Below are positions 27,241 to 35,429 of a stretch of 64,000 nt of DNA, in pieces (the stretch's first letter is position 1; every line of letters starts with the position of its first letter). The stretch is from Deltaproteobacteria bacterium (GTDB lineage: Bacteria > Desulfobacterota > Desulfuromonadia > Geobacterales > Pseudopelobacteraceae), in NCBI GenBank assembly GCA_016182975.1, contig JACPFJ010000028.1:4948-68947 (forward strand). Direction: 5' to 3'. Position numbers and translations under genes: made by a program. The notes beneath the pieces were generated by a model. The model ran no database searches and had not been told where the DNA came from. It saw nothing but the letters and a program-made list of their open reading frames with translations.

Positions 27241-27320
27241 TAGGGGCAATTCATGAATTGTCCCTACTTGGGCAATTCATGAATTGTCCCTACTTGGGCA
27301 ATTCATGAATTGCCCCTACA
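27241..27320. repeat. Three tandem copies of a 26-bp unit, each containing the palindrome GGGCAATTCATGAATTGYCCC, between dnaK and dnaJ
   Basis: Read directly. There are no spacers between units. The outer ends TAGGGG...CCCCTA are also complementary. Confidence 0.85.
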
Positions 27321-27331
27321 ATCCCTTGTTA

Positions 27332-29200
27332 TTACTTCTTCTCTTCCTTGACCTCTTCGAAGTCCGCGTCTACCACCTTGTCGTCCTTCGGCTTGGCTGC
27401 CCCGGCCTGCTCGGCGCCGGCGGCCGCCTCCCCCTCGCCGGCCTGGCCCTTGGCGTACATGGCCTCGGCCAGCTTGTGGGCCGATTGGGCCAGCTCGTCG
27501 GTGGCCTTCTTGATCGCCTCGGCGTCCTCGCCTTCCATGACCTTCTTCAGTTCGGCGATCTTGTTCTCGATGTTCCCTTTTTCGACGGCCTCGATCTTGT
27601 CACCGAACTCCTTGAGCGACTTCTCGGTGCTGTAGATCATGCTGTCGGCGTGGTTGCGGGCCTCAATGGCCTCGCGTTTACGCTTGTCCTCATCGGCATG
27701 GGCCTCGGCGTCGCGCACCATCTTGTCGATCTCCTCCTTGGAGAGGCCCGAGGATGCGGTGATGCGTATCGACTGCTCCTTGCCGGTGCCCAGGTCCTTG
27801 GCGGAGACATGGACGATGCCGTTGGCGTCGATGTCGAAGGACACCTCCACCTGCGGCATGCCGCGCGGCGCCGGCTCGATGCCCGCCAGGTCGAACTTGG
27901 CCAGCGACTTGTTGAAGCGGGCCTGTTCGCGCTCGCCCTGGACCTGGCTCTTGCGGCAGGGAATGGTGGTGTTCTGCTCGATCAACCTGGTCATCACGCC
28001 GCCCAGGGTCTCGATCCCCAGCGAAAGCGGGGTCACGTCCAGGAGCAGCACGTCCTTGACGTCGCCTTTGAGTACCCCTCCCTGGATGGCCGCGCCGATG
28101 GCCACCACCTCGTCCGGGTTGACCCCCCTGTTGGGGACCTTGCCGAAGATCTCCTCGACCCTTTTCTGCACGGAAGGCATACGGGTCATGCCGCCGACCA
28201 GGATGACCTCGTCGATATCGCTTGGGGACAGACCGGCGTCCTTGAGGGCGGTGCGGCAGGGGCCCTCCAGCTTGGCCAGCAGCGGTGCGCAGATGGACTC
28301 CAGCTTGGCGCGGGAGAGCTTCATGGTCAGGTGCTTGGGACCCGAGGCGTCGGCGGTGATGAAGGGGAGGTTGATATCGGTCTCAAGCGAGGTGGAGAGC
28401 TCGCACTTGGCCTTCTCTGCCGCCTCTTTCAGGCGCTGCAGGGCCATCTTGTCGCCGCGCAGGTCGATCCCCTGGTCTTTCTTGAACTCGTCGGCGATCC
28501 AGTCGATCACCAACTGGTCGAAATCCTCGCCACCCAGGAACGTGTCGCCGTTGGTGGACTTGACCTCGAAGACACCGTCGCCCAGTTCCAGGATGGAGAT
28601 GTCGAACGTTCCGCCACCCAGGTCGAAGACGGCGACCTTCTCCTCCTTCTTCTTGTCCAGACCGTAGGCCAGGGCCGCGGCGGTCGGCTCGTTGATGATG
28701 CGCAGGACGTTGAGACCGGCGATCTTGCCGGCGTCCTTGGTGGCCTGGCGCTGGGAGTCGTCGAAGTAGGCCGGGACGGTGATCACGGCGTCGGTGACGG
28801 TCTCGCCGAGGTAGTCCTCGGCGGTCTTCTTCATCTTCTGCAGCACTATGGCCGAGATCTCCGGGGCGGAATAGCGCTTGCTGCGCACCTCCACCCAGGC
28901 GTCGCCGTTGTCGGCCTTGACGATCTTGAAGGGAGAGATGCTGATGTCCTTCTTGACCGCCTCCGACTCGAACTTGCGGCCGATCAGGCGCTTGATGGCA
29001 TACAATGTGTTTTCCGGGTTGGTGACGGCCTGACGCTTTGCCTGCTGACCCACCAGGCGCTCGCCGCTCTCGGCGAAGGCCACCATCGAGGGGGTCGTGC
29101 GGCTCCCCTCGGCGTTGGCGATAACGACCGGCTCGCCACCCTCCATGATTGCGACGCAGGAGTTGGTGGTTCCCAGGTCGATTCCGATTACCTTGCTCAT
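27332..29200 (-). CDS. dnaK: Molecular chaperone DnaK (with an apparent 16-residue in-frame gap in the substrate-binding domain)
   Basis: '[10 protein letters not shown]', 'DLGGGTFD' and '[11 protein letters not shown]'. 622 aa. It reads '[13 protein letters not shown]' where E. coli has '[25 protein letters not shown]'. Confidence 0.95.
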   Translation of the reverse strand: MSKVIGIDLGTTNSCVAIMEGGEPVVIANAEGSRTTPSMVAFAESGERLVGQQAKRQAVTNPENTLYAIKRLIGRKFESEAVKKDISISPFKIVKADNGDAWVEVRSKRYSAPEISAIVLQKMKKTAEDYLGETVTDAVITVPAYFDDSQRQATKDAGKIAGLNVLRIINEPTAAALAYGLDKKKEEKVAVFDLGGGTFDISILELGDGVFEVKSTNGDTFLGGEDFDQLVIDWIADEFKKDQGIDLRGDKMALQRLKEAAEKAKCELSTSLETDINLPFITADASGPKHLTMKLSRAKLESICAPLLAKLEGPCRTALKDAGLSPSDIDEVILVGGMTRMPSVQKRVEEIFGKVPNRGVNPDEVVAIGAAIQGGVLKGDVKDVLLLDVTPLSLGIETLGGVMTRLIEQNTTIPCRKSQVQGEREQARFNKSLAKFDLAGIEPAPRGMPQVEVSFDIDANGIVHVSAKDLGTGKEQSIRITASSGLSKEEIDKMVRDAEAHADEDKRKREAIEARNHADSMIYSTEKSLKEFGDKIEAVEKGNIENKIAELKKVMEGEDAEAIKKATDELAQSAHKLAEAMYAKGQAGEGEAAAGAEQAGAAKPKDDKVVDADFEEVKEEKK

Positions 29201-29280
29201 CTCGTATATTCCTCCTTTTCGGGTCTTTCTATCTTGAAGGTAGTCATCGCTTTGTGAAAAAACAAGGGCGTGGGGAAAAA

Positions 29281-29351
29281 AGTTTTGAATTTTAAGTTTT
29301 GGGTTTTGAGTTCAAGATCTTAACTCAAAACTAATAACTCAAAACTCATAA
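29281..29351. repeat. Palindromic tandem-heptamer array ending 5 nt from the grpE stop
   Basis: AGTTTTG AATTTTA AGTTTTG GGTTTTG AGTT-caagatct-TAACT CAAAACT AATAACT CAAAACT. Period 7, with self-complementary halves. Confidence 0.85.
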
Positions 29352-29355
29352 CAGC

Positions 29356-29943
29356 TTATTTCTGCGCCGCCGAGACCGAGACCATGGCGGGGCGAAGCAG
29401 TCGTTCCTTGAGCAGATACCCCTTCTGGAACTCCTCCACCACCGTATTGGGGGGGTGCTCATCGGTTGCAACCTGCGACATGGCCTGGTGGAAGGCGGGA
29501 TCAAAGGGGGCGCCGGCTGCCTCCACGGGGGTGACGCCGAACTTCTTCAGGGCTGCCACCAGCATGCAATGGGTCATGCGAATCCCCTCCACCACCGCCG
29601 AGAGACCGTCCTCGTTGGCATGGACCAGGGCGCGCTCCAGGCTGTCCACCACCGGCAGGATCTCCTCGATCAGCGACTTGGTGCCGTAGTTGAGCAGTTC
29701 CTCCTTTTCGCGATTGACCCGTTTGCGGTAGTTTTCCAGATCGGCTCGTTCGCGGAGGTAGCGGTCCCAGTTCTCGCGGCATTCCTTTTCCTTGGCGGCG
29801 AGTTGTTCTTCAAGCTGAAGGATGCGCTCCTCGGGGGGTGCCGGTTCGGCGATTGCGCCGCTTTCGCCGCCGGGCGCTTCGGCTCCGGAGGGGGGTGTCG
29901 CTTTTGCATCCTTGGTGATCTCTACGCTGTCGTGTTTTTTCAT
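29356..29943 (-). CDS. grpE: Nucleotide exchange factor GrpE
   Basis: '[12 protein letters not shown]' and 'VVEEFQKGY' are typical GrpE blocks. It sits in an operon with dnaK. Confidence 0.95.
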   Translation of the reverse strand: MKKHDSVEITKDAKATPPSGAEAPGGESGAIAEPAPPEERILQLEEQLAAKEKECRENWDRYLRERADLENYRKRVNREKEELLNYGTKSLIEEILPVVDSLERALVHANEDGLSAVVEGIRMTHCMLVAALKKFGVTPVEAAGAPFDPAFHQAMSQVATDEHPPNTVVEEFQKGYLLKERLLRPAMVSVSAAQK

Positions 29944-29990
29944 GATTTCGTATACGTCCTTTTGGTTTGATAATCAGGTCCGGCCGATTT

Positions 29991-31022
29991 TCAGGTCTCG
30001 TTCAAGATCCGGCTCACCAGGCGCGCGGTGTAGTCCACGATGGGGATGACGTTGGAGTACCCCATGCGGGTGGGACCGATCACCCCCAGCAGTCCCACGG
30101 TATTGCTGCTGGTAACGAAGCGCGAGGTGATGAGGCTGACCCCGGCGGACCGGCTGACCGGCGTCTCGGAGCCGATATAGATCTGCACGCCTTCCGCGGT
30201 CATGCAGCGACTCAGGAGTTGCAGCAGATGCCCCTTCTGCTCGAAGGCGCGGAAGATCTCCTGCATCCGCCGCACGTCGCTGAACTCGGGTTGGTCGAGG
30301 ATGCGGGCCTGTCCCTCGACGAAGATCTCATCCCCTTCCATGGCCACGGTTTGCTGGCTGAGGCTCAGGGCACGGGCAATCAGGCGGTCATATTGCACCT
30401 TTTCCGTCGCCATCTCCGTCAGGATGCGCTCCCGCGCCTGGGAGATGGTGAGACCCTGCATCAGTTCGTTCAGATAGTTGCCCATCCTGACCAGGTCTTC
30501 CTCGGGGAAGTCCTCCTCTGTCTCCACCAGCCGGTTCTGTACCGAGCCGTTGCTGGATACCAGGATGGCGAGAACACGGCGGGGGGCCAGGCGAAGGAAC
30601 TCGATGTGACGGAAGACGTTGGATATGAAGCTGGGCGCCACGACGATACCCATATAATTGGAGAGCGAGGAAAGGGTGCGGCTCGTCTCCTTGAGGATGT
30701 CCGACAGCCCCGCCCCTGACTGGCGGCAGCGGCTGATTATCTGTCTTTTTTCCTCGCGGGTGACCTGGCGCAAGGTTACCAGCGAGTCCACGTAGAAGCG
30801 GTAGGCCTTTTCGGTCGGTATTCTGCCGGCGGAGGTGTGGGGCGAGGTCAAAAGTCCCATCTCCTCGAGGTTGGACATGACGTTCCTGACCGTGGCCGAA
30901 GAGAACGTCAGGGCGTGGCGGCGCGCGACGGCGCTGCTGCCTACCGGTTCGGCGGTGGCGATGTAGTCCTCGACGATCGCCTCGAGTATCTGCCTGCTTC
31001 TTGGTGAGAGTTCCACATCCAT
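29991..31022 (-). CDS. hrcA: Heat-inducible transcription repressor HrcA
   Basis: 'LSPRSRQILEAIVEDYIATAEPVGS' wHTH. Start taken at MDVEL (ATG at 31022) because the longer ORF would run into the CIRCE operator. Confidence 0.9.
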   Translation of the reverse strand: MDVELSPRSRQILEAIVEDYIATAEPVGSSAVARRHALTFSSATVRNVMSNLEEMGLLTSPHTSAGRIPTEKAYRFYVDSLVTLRQVTREEKRQIISRCRQSGAGLSDILKETSRTLSSLSNYMGIVVAPSFISNVFRHIEFLRLAPRRVLAILVSSNGSVQNRLVETEEDFPEEDLVRMGNYLNELMQGLTISQARERILTEMATEKVQYDRLIARALSLSQQTVAMEGDEIFVEGQARILDQPEFSDVRRMQEIFRAFEQKGHLLQLLSRCMTAEGVQIYIGSETPVSRSAGVSLITSRFVTSSNTVGLLGVIGPTRMGYSNVIPIVDYTARLVSRILNET

Positions 31023-31039
31023 GACCAGACCCCAAAAAA

Positions 31040-31066
31040 TTAGCACTCATTGCGGCTGAGTGCTAA
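31040..31066 (-). promoter_or_regulatory. CIRCE operator (TTAGCACTC-N9-GAGTGCTAA), perfect consensus
   Basis: Read directly. It lies 18 nt upstream of the hrcA start. Confidence 0.9.
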
Positions 31067-31077
31067 AATCTCCTTTC

Positions 31078-31106
31078 AAATTAATCAGTACCCCGCTATT
31101 TGTCAA
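31078..31106 (-). promoter_or_regulatory. Sigma-70-type promoter of the hrcA-grpE-dnaK-dnaJ operon
   Basis: Minus strand reads TTGACA-17 nt-TAATTT, ending 11 nt upstream of CIRCE. Confidence 0.6.
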
Positions 31107-31225
31107 GGACAATTCGCCACTCCGCCGGTGGGGGTATGTCCGTCAAATGGCTTGCTTCGGCCGGGTAAAAAGGTATATAGTTTTTTATTCACGACCATCT
31201 CAGAACAGCTCAAAGGGGAACATCC

Positions 31226-32044
31226 GTGTCCTGGCAGGCCATCGGCATATTCGATTCGGGTGTGGGCGGGCTGACCGTCCTGCGCGAGATCTTCAGGGCG
31301 CTGCCCCAGGAAGATACCATCTACTTCGGCGACACGGCCCGGGTCCCCTACGGCACCAAGTCTCCCGAGACGGTGGCCCGCTATGCGCACGAAATCACCT
31401 CCTTTCTGGTAAGACGCGACATCAAGCTCCTGGTGGTGGCGTGCAATACGGCGTCTGCGGTGGCCCTGAACGGGCTCAAACGGCAGTTCCCCATCCCGGT
31501 GGTGGGGGTGATCGAGCCGGGGGCGCGGCGGGCGGTCGAGGTGTCCAGGAGCGGCCGCATCGGCGTGATCGGCACCGCCGCTACCATCAAGAGCAGCGCC
31601 TACACCCGCGCCATAAAGCGCCTCAACCCCGGGGCAGAGGTCCTGACCCGCTCCTGTCCGCTGTTCGTTCCGCTGGCCGAGGAGGGGTGGACCGACAACG
31701 AGGTGGCGCGTCTCACGGCCCGGAACTACCTGTTGGAGCTGAAGGAGGCGGGGGTGGATACCCTGGTGCTGGGTTGCACCCACTATCCCCTGCTCAAGCC
31801 GGTCATAGCCGAAACCATGGGATCGGATGTCACCCTGGTGGATTCGGCCGAGGAGACCGCCCGGACAGTGGCCGCGATCCTGGCGAAGAAGGATCTGTTG
31901 CGCCCCGCCGCGGAGAAGGGGAATCACCACTACTTCGTGAGCGACATACCGGCCGGCTTCATCCGGGTCGGGAACCGTTTCCTGGGCGGCCGCCTGGGGG
32001 ACGTGTACCAGGTGAACCTCGACAATGATGGGGAGGAGTGCTGA
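31226..32044 (+). CDS. murI: Glutamate racemase
   Basis: 'IGIFDSGVGGLTV', 'VVACNTAS' and 'LGCTHYP' carry the catalytic Cys motifs. GTG start. Confidence 0.9.
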   Translation: MSWQAIGIFDSGVGGLTVLREIFRALPQEDTIYFGDTARVPYGTKSPETVARYAHEITSFLVRRDIKLLVVACNTASAVALNGLKRQFPIPVVGVIEPGARRAVEVSRSGRIGVIGTAATIKSSAYTRAIKRLNPGAEVLTRSCPLFVPLAEEGWTDNEVARLTARNYLLELKEAGVDTLVLGCTHYPLLKPVIAETMGSDVTLVDSAEETARTVAAILAKKDLLRPAAEKGNHHYFVSDIPAGFIRVGNRFLGGRLGDVYQVNLDNDGEEC

Positions 32045-32047
32045 TTC

Positions 32048-32674
32048 ATGCCGCAAGGAGAGCGCAAACAGATCAACATCAGCCTGCTGATACCGTTTCT
32101 GGTGATTGCCCTGGTATTCGGCGTGCTGATCTGGCAGAAATACCGGACGAGCCGCGAGATTCCGCCGGCGCCGCAGGTTGAGCAACCCTCCGGTGCACCT
32201 ACGGCGATCCTGTTTTTCGTGGAGGGGGGAAACAGGCTGGGCCGGGAGGCGCGGGAGCTGGAGCCGTGCGACGGGCCGGCCGCATGCGCCAAGCTCGTAC
32301 TGGACGAGCTCTTCTACGGGCCGGTGGGGGATCTGGACGAGGCGTTGCCGGAAGGCGCGCTGCTCAATAGCGTGCGGATCGAGGGGGATACGGCCGTTGT
32401 CGATCTGAACCGCGCCTTTGCCGACGAACTACCTTCGGTCAGCTCGGCCGAGGTGCTGGCGGTATACTCCATCGTCGACACGCTCTGCGTCAATTTCCCG
32501 CAGATTGCCAGGGTAAAGCTGACCATCGAAGGGGAGGGGAAGGCGCGGCTGCGCCACCTGGACCTCTCCGGCCCGCTCGCACCCGATTATACGCTTGAAC
32601 AGGAACCAAAACCGGAGGGGGAGGGTAAGACAAAGGCTCCATCTACTCCAACCACCAAGAAGGGACGTCCATGA
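32048..32674 (+). CDS. GerMN-domain protein (membrane-anchored)
   Basis: N-terminal TM then 'VRIEGDTAVVDLNRAFADELP..SSAEVLAVYSIVDTLCVNFPQIARVKLTIEG', typical of GerMN. Confidence 0.6.
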   Translation: MPQGERKQINISLLIPFLVIALVFGVLIWQKYRTSREIPPAPQVEQPSGAPTAILFFVEGGNRLGREARELEPCDGPAACAKLVLDELFYGPVGDLDEALPEGALLNSVRIEGDTAVVDLNRAFADELPSVSSAEVLAVYSIVDTLCVNFPQIARVKLTIEGEGKARLRHLDLSGPLAPDYTLEQEPKPEGEGKTKAPSTPTTKKGRP

Positions 32675-35091
32675 AGCCATTCCGCGAAGCCATCCGCGAG
32701 CAGGTGCTGATCCTCGACGGGGCCATGGGGACCATGCTCCAGGAGCGCGGCCTGAAACCGGGGCAGTCACCCGAGGAGCTCAACCTGACCATGCCCGGGG
32801 TAGTGGCCTCGGTGCACCGCGACTATATCGAGGCCGGCGCCGACATCATCATCACCAACACCTTCGGCGGTACCCGTTTCAAGCTGTCCCATTACGGGCT
32901 TGAGGGGCGTCTGGCCGAGATCAATGCCCGCGCCGTGGAGATTGCCCGCAAGGAAGCGGGGGGCAGGGCCTACGTGGGCGCCTCCATGGGACCAACCGGC
33001 CAGTTCGTCGAGCCCTTGGGCGAGGTCTCCTTCGACGAGATGAAGGCCGCCTTCCGCGAGCAGGCCGAGGCCCTGATCCGGGCCGGGGCCGACCTGATCA
33101 GCCTGGAGACCTTTCTGGACATCAAGGAGTGCCGGGCCGCGCTGATCGCGGTGCGCGAGGTCTCCCGCGCAATCCCGGTGATCGCCATGCTGACCTTTGA
33201 CGACAACGGCCGCTCGGTGCTGGGAACGCCGCCCGAGGCGGCCGCCATCACCCTGGCCGCGGCCGGGGCCGACATGGTCGGCTCCAACTGCGGGCTGGGG
33301 GTGGAAGGTATCCATGACATCCTCTCCAAGATGCGGACAGTGACCGATCTGCCGCTCATCTCCCAGGCCAATGCCGGTCTGCCGCAACTCATCGACGGAG
33401 TGACCGTCTTTCCGGGCACACCCGAGGAGATGACCGCCTACCACGACCGCCTGATCGCGCTGGGGGTGCGGGTGATCGGCGGCTGCTGCGGCACGACCCC
33501 GGCCCACATCCGCGCCATGAAGGCGGCGCTCGCAGGGCGCCGCTACCCCTGGCAGCCGCGCGAAGATACCAGCGGCGTCACCTTCCTCTCCTGCCGCGCC
33601 GGCTGGACGGCCGTGGGCGGCGGCAACAAGACCGCCATCATCGGCGAGCGTATCAATCCCACCGGCAAGCGGCTCTACTCGGAGGAACTGGCCGAGGGAA
33701 AGGTGGCCTACATCCGCCGCGAGGCCATGGAGCAGGTCCAGGCCGGAGCGACGCTTTTGGACGTGAACGTGGGGGCGCCGGGGATCGACGAGCCGGCCGC
33801 CATGGAGCGCGCCGTGTTCTGCGTCAGCGGGGCGACCGGCGTGCCGGTCGTGCTGGACTCATCCAGCCCGGCCGCGCTGGAGCGGGGACTCAAGGCCGCC
33901 GACGGCAAGGTGCTGATCAACTCGGTCTCGGGCGAGGCCAAGAGCCTGGCCAGGGTGCTGCCGCTGGCGAAGAGGTATGGCGCCGCCGTGATCGGCCTGA
34001 CCCTGGACGCCAAGGGGATCCCCGCCACGGCCGAGGGACGCCTCGCCATTGCCCGCCGCATCCGCACGGCGGCCCGTAAACATGGCATCCCCGACGCGGA
34101 CGTCATCATCGACTGCCTGACCCTGACGGTCAGCGCCGAGCAGAAGCGCGCCGTCGAGACCCTGCGGGCCATCCGCCTGGTCAAACAAAAGCTGGGTCTT
34201 TCCACTGTGCTGGGTGTCAGCAACATCTCCTTCGGCCTGCCGCAGCGCCCGCTGATATCCGCGGCCTTCTTCGCCATGGCCATGGAGGCCGGCCTGGATG
34301 CGGCCATCATCAACCCCAGGGACAAGGCCATGATGGATGCCTGGCGCTCGGCCCAGGTGCTGCTCAACCGCGACCTCCGGGCCGCAGACTACATCGAGGC
34401 GTATCGCGGCGAGCAGGCCGCCGCCACTGTGGCGGCTGCCGTCACCGACCGGCCGCTCTCCATCCGCGAACGGCTTTCCCTGGCAATCATCAACGGCGAG
34501 CGCGACGGTATCGTCTCACTGGTGGAACAGGCGCTGGGCGAAGGGCTGACCCCGATGCAGGTCAGCAGCGAAGGGTTTCTCCCCGGCCTGGAGGAGGTCG
34601 GGCGGCGCTTCGAGCGGAACATCTTCTTCCTCCCCCAGGTGATGCAGTCGGCCGATACCATGCAGGCCGGTTTCGCCCGCCTGAAGGAGGAGATGAAGGG
34701 GCAGGCCTTCGAAAGCCGCGGCCGCATCCTGATGGCCACCGTCGAGGGGGACATCCACGACATCGGCAAGAACATCGTCTGCACCCTGCTGGAGAACCAC
34801 GGCTTCGAGGTCTTCGACATCGGCAAGAACGTCCCGGCCGCCACCATCCTCGCCAAGGCCGGGGAATACGCGGTGGATGCGGTCGGGCTCTCGGCGCTGA
34901 TGACCACCACCATGTCCGAGATGGACAACGTCATCAAGAGGCTGCGCAGCGCCGGGATCAAGACCTTCACCATGGTGGGGGGAGCGGTGGTGACCCAGGA
35001 GTACGCCGACCGCATCGGCGCCGACCTCTACGCCCGCGATGCGATGGAGGCGGTGGCCAAGGTGAAGCGGCTGCTGGCGGCTGACAGCTAG
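32671..35091 (+). CDS. metH: Cobalamin-dependent methionine synthase, short form (Hcy-binding, pterin-binding and B12-binding domains; no AdoMet reactivation domain)
   Basis: 'ILDGAMGT' and 'GGCCGTTP' (Hcy methyltransferase). 'INSVS' and 'GVSNISFG' (pterin binding). 'EGDIHDIGKNIV' is the DxHxxG B12 motif. 806 aa. Confidence 0.85.
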   Translation: MKPFREAIREQVLILDGAMGTMLQERGLKPGQSPEELNLTMPGVVASVHRDYIEAGADIIITNTFGGTRFKLSHYGLEGRLAEINARAVEIARKEAGGRAYVGASMGPTGQFVEPLGEVSFDEMKAAFREQAEALIRAGADLISLETFLDIKECRAALIAVREVSRAIPVIAMLTFDDNGRSVLGTPPEAAAITLAAAGADMVGSNCGLGVEGIHDILSKMRTVTDLPLISQANAGLPQLIDGVTVFPGTPEEMTAYHDRLIALGVRVIGGCCGTTPAHIRAMKAALAGRRYPWQPREDTSGVTFLSCRAGWTAVGGGNKTAIIGERINPTGKRLYSEELAEGKVAYIRREAMEQVQAGATLLDVNVGAPGIDEPAAMERAVFCVSGATGVPVVLDSSSPAALERGLKAADGKVLINSVSGEAKSLARVLPLAKRYGAAVIGLTLDAKGIPATAEGRLAIARRIRTAARKHGIPDADVIIDCLTLTVSAEQKRAVETLRAIRLVKQKLGLSTVLGVSNISFGLPQRPLISAAFFAMAMEAGLDAAIINPRDKAMMDAWRSAQVLLNRDLRAADYIEAYRGEQAAATVAAAVTDRPLSIRERLSLAIINGERDGIVSLVEQALGEGLTPMQVSSEGFLPGLEEVGRRFERNIFFLPQVMQSADTMQAGFARLKEEMKGQAFESRGRILMATVEGDIHDIGKNIVCTLLENHGFEVFDIGKNVPAATILAKAGEYAVDAVGLSALMTTTMSEMDNVIKRLRSAGIKTFTMVGGAVVTQEYADRIGADLYARDAMEAVAKVKRLLAADS

Positions 35092-35107
35092 CGGCTAGCG
35101 GCTGGGG

Positions 35108-35428
35108 GTGTTCATGGTCCTGGGCTTCAATCACAACGTCATGTACAAGGGGGAGCTGTTCCACGTCCAGACCGAGGACAGCGGCGTCGCCAACCCCCAT
35201 ATCATCACCCTGCTCTACAAGGGAGGGGCCATCCTCTGTTCCAGGAAGACCAGCTATGCCGACATCCTCGGGATGGAGAACCTCGGGCAGACAGTGCAGG
35301 AGCTGATGAAGGAGCAGCACAAGGGTATGATGCGCAGCCTGAAGAACGGGGAGTTCGACGAGCGTGCGTTTTCGACCAGGGACGCCGATGAAGGGCAGGC
35401 TCAACCGCAGCGCCGGGAGTTTAATTAA
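35108..35428 (+). CDS. Conserved hypothetical small protein
   Basis: 106 aa. 'YKGELFHVQTEDSGVANPHIITLLYKGGAIL' is a block I recall from deltaproteobacterial hypotheticals. No function known. Confidence 0.45.
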   Translation: MFMVLGFNHNVMYKGELFHVQTEDSGVANPHIITLLYKGGAILCSRKTSYADILGMENLGQTVQELMKEQHKGMMRSLKNGEFDERAFSTRDADEGQAQPQRREFN

Positions 35429-35429
35429 C

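Noticed and set aside
27241-27320. Possible CRISPR array
   Set aside because: The three repeats are directly adjacent with no spacers, the unit is only 26 bp, and no cas genes are present.
27284-29257. 657-aa ORF antisense to dnaK
   Set aside because: Same reasoning. The minus strand is an unmistakable DnaK. The plus-strand product is Leu/Gly/Asp/Val-rich nonsense.
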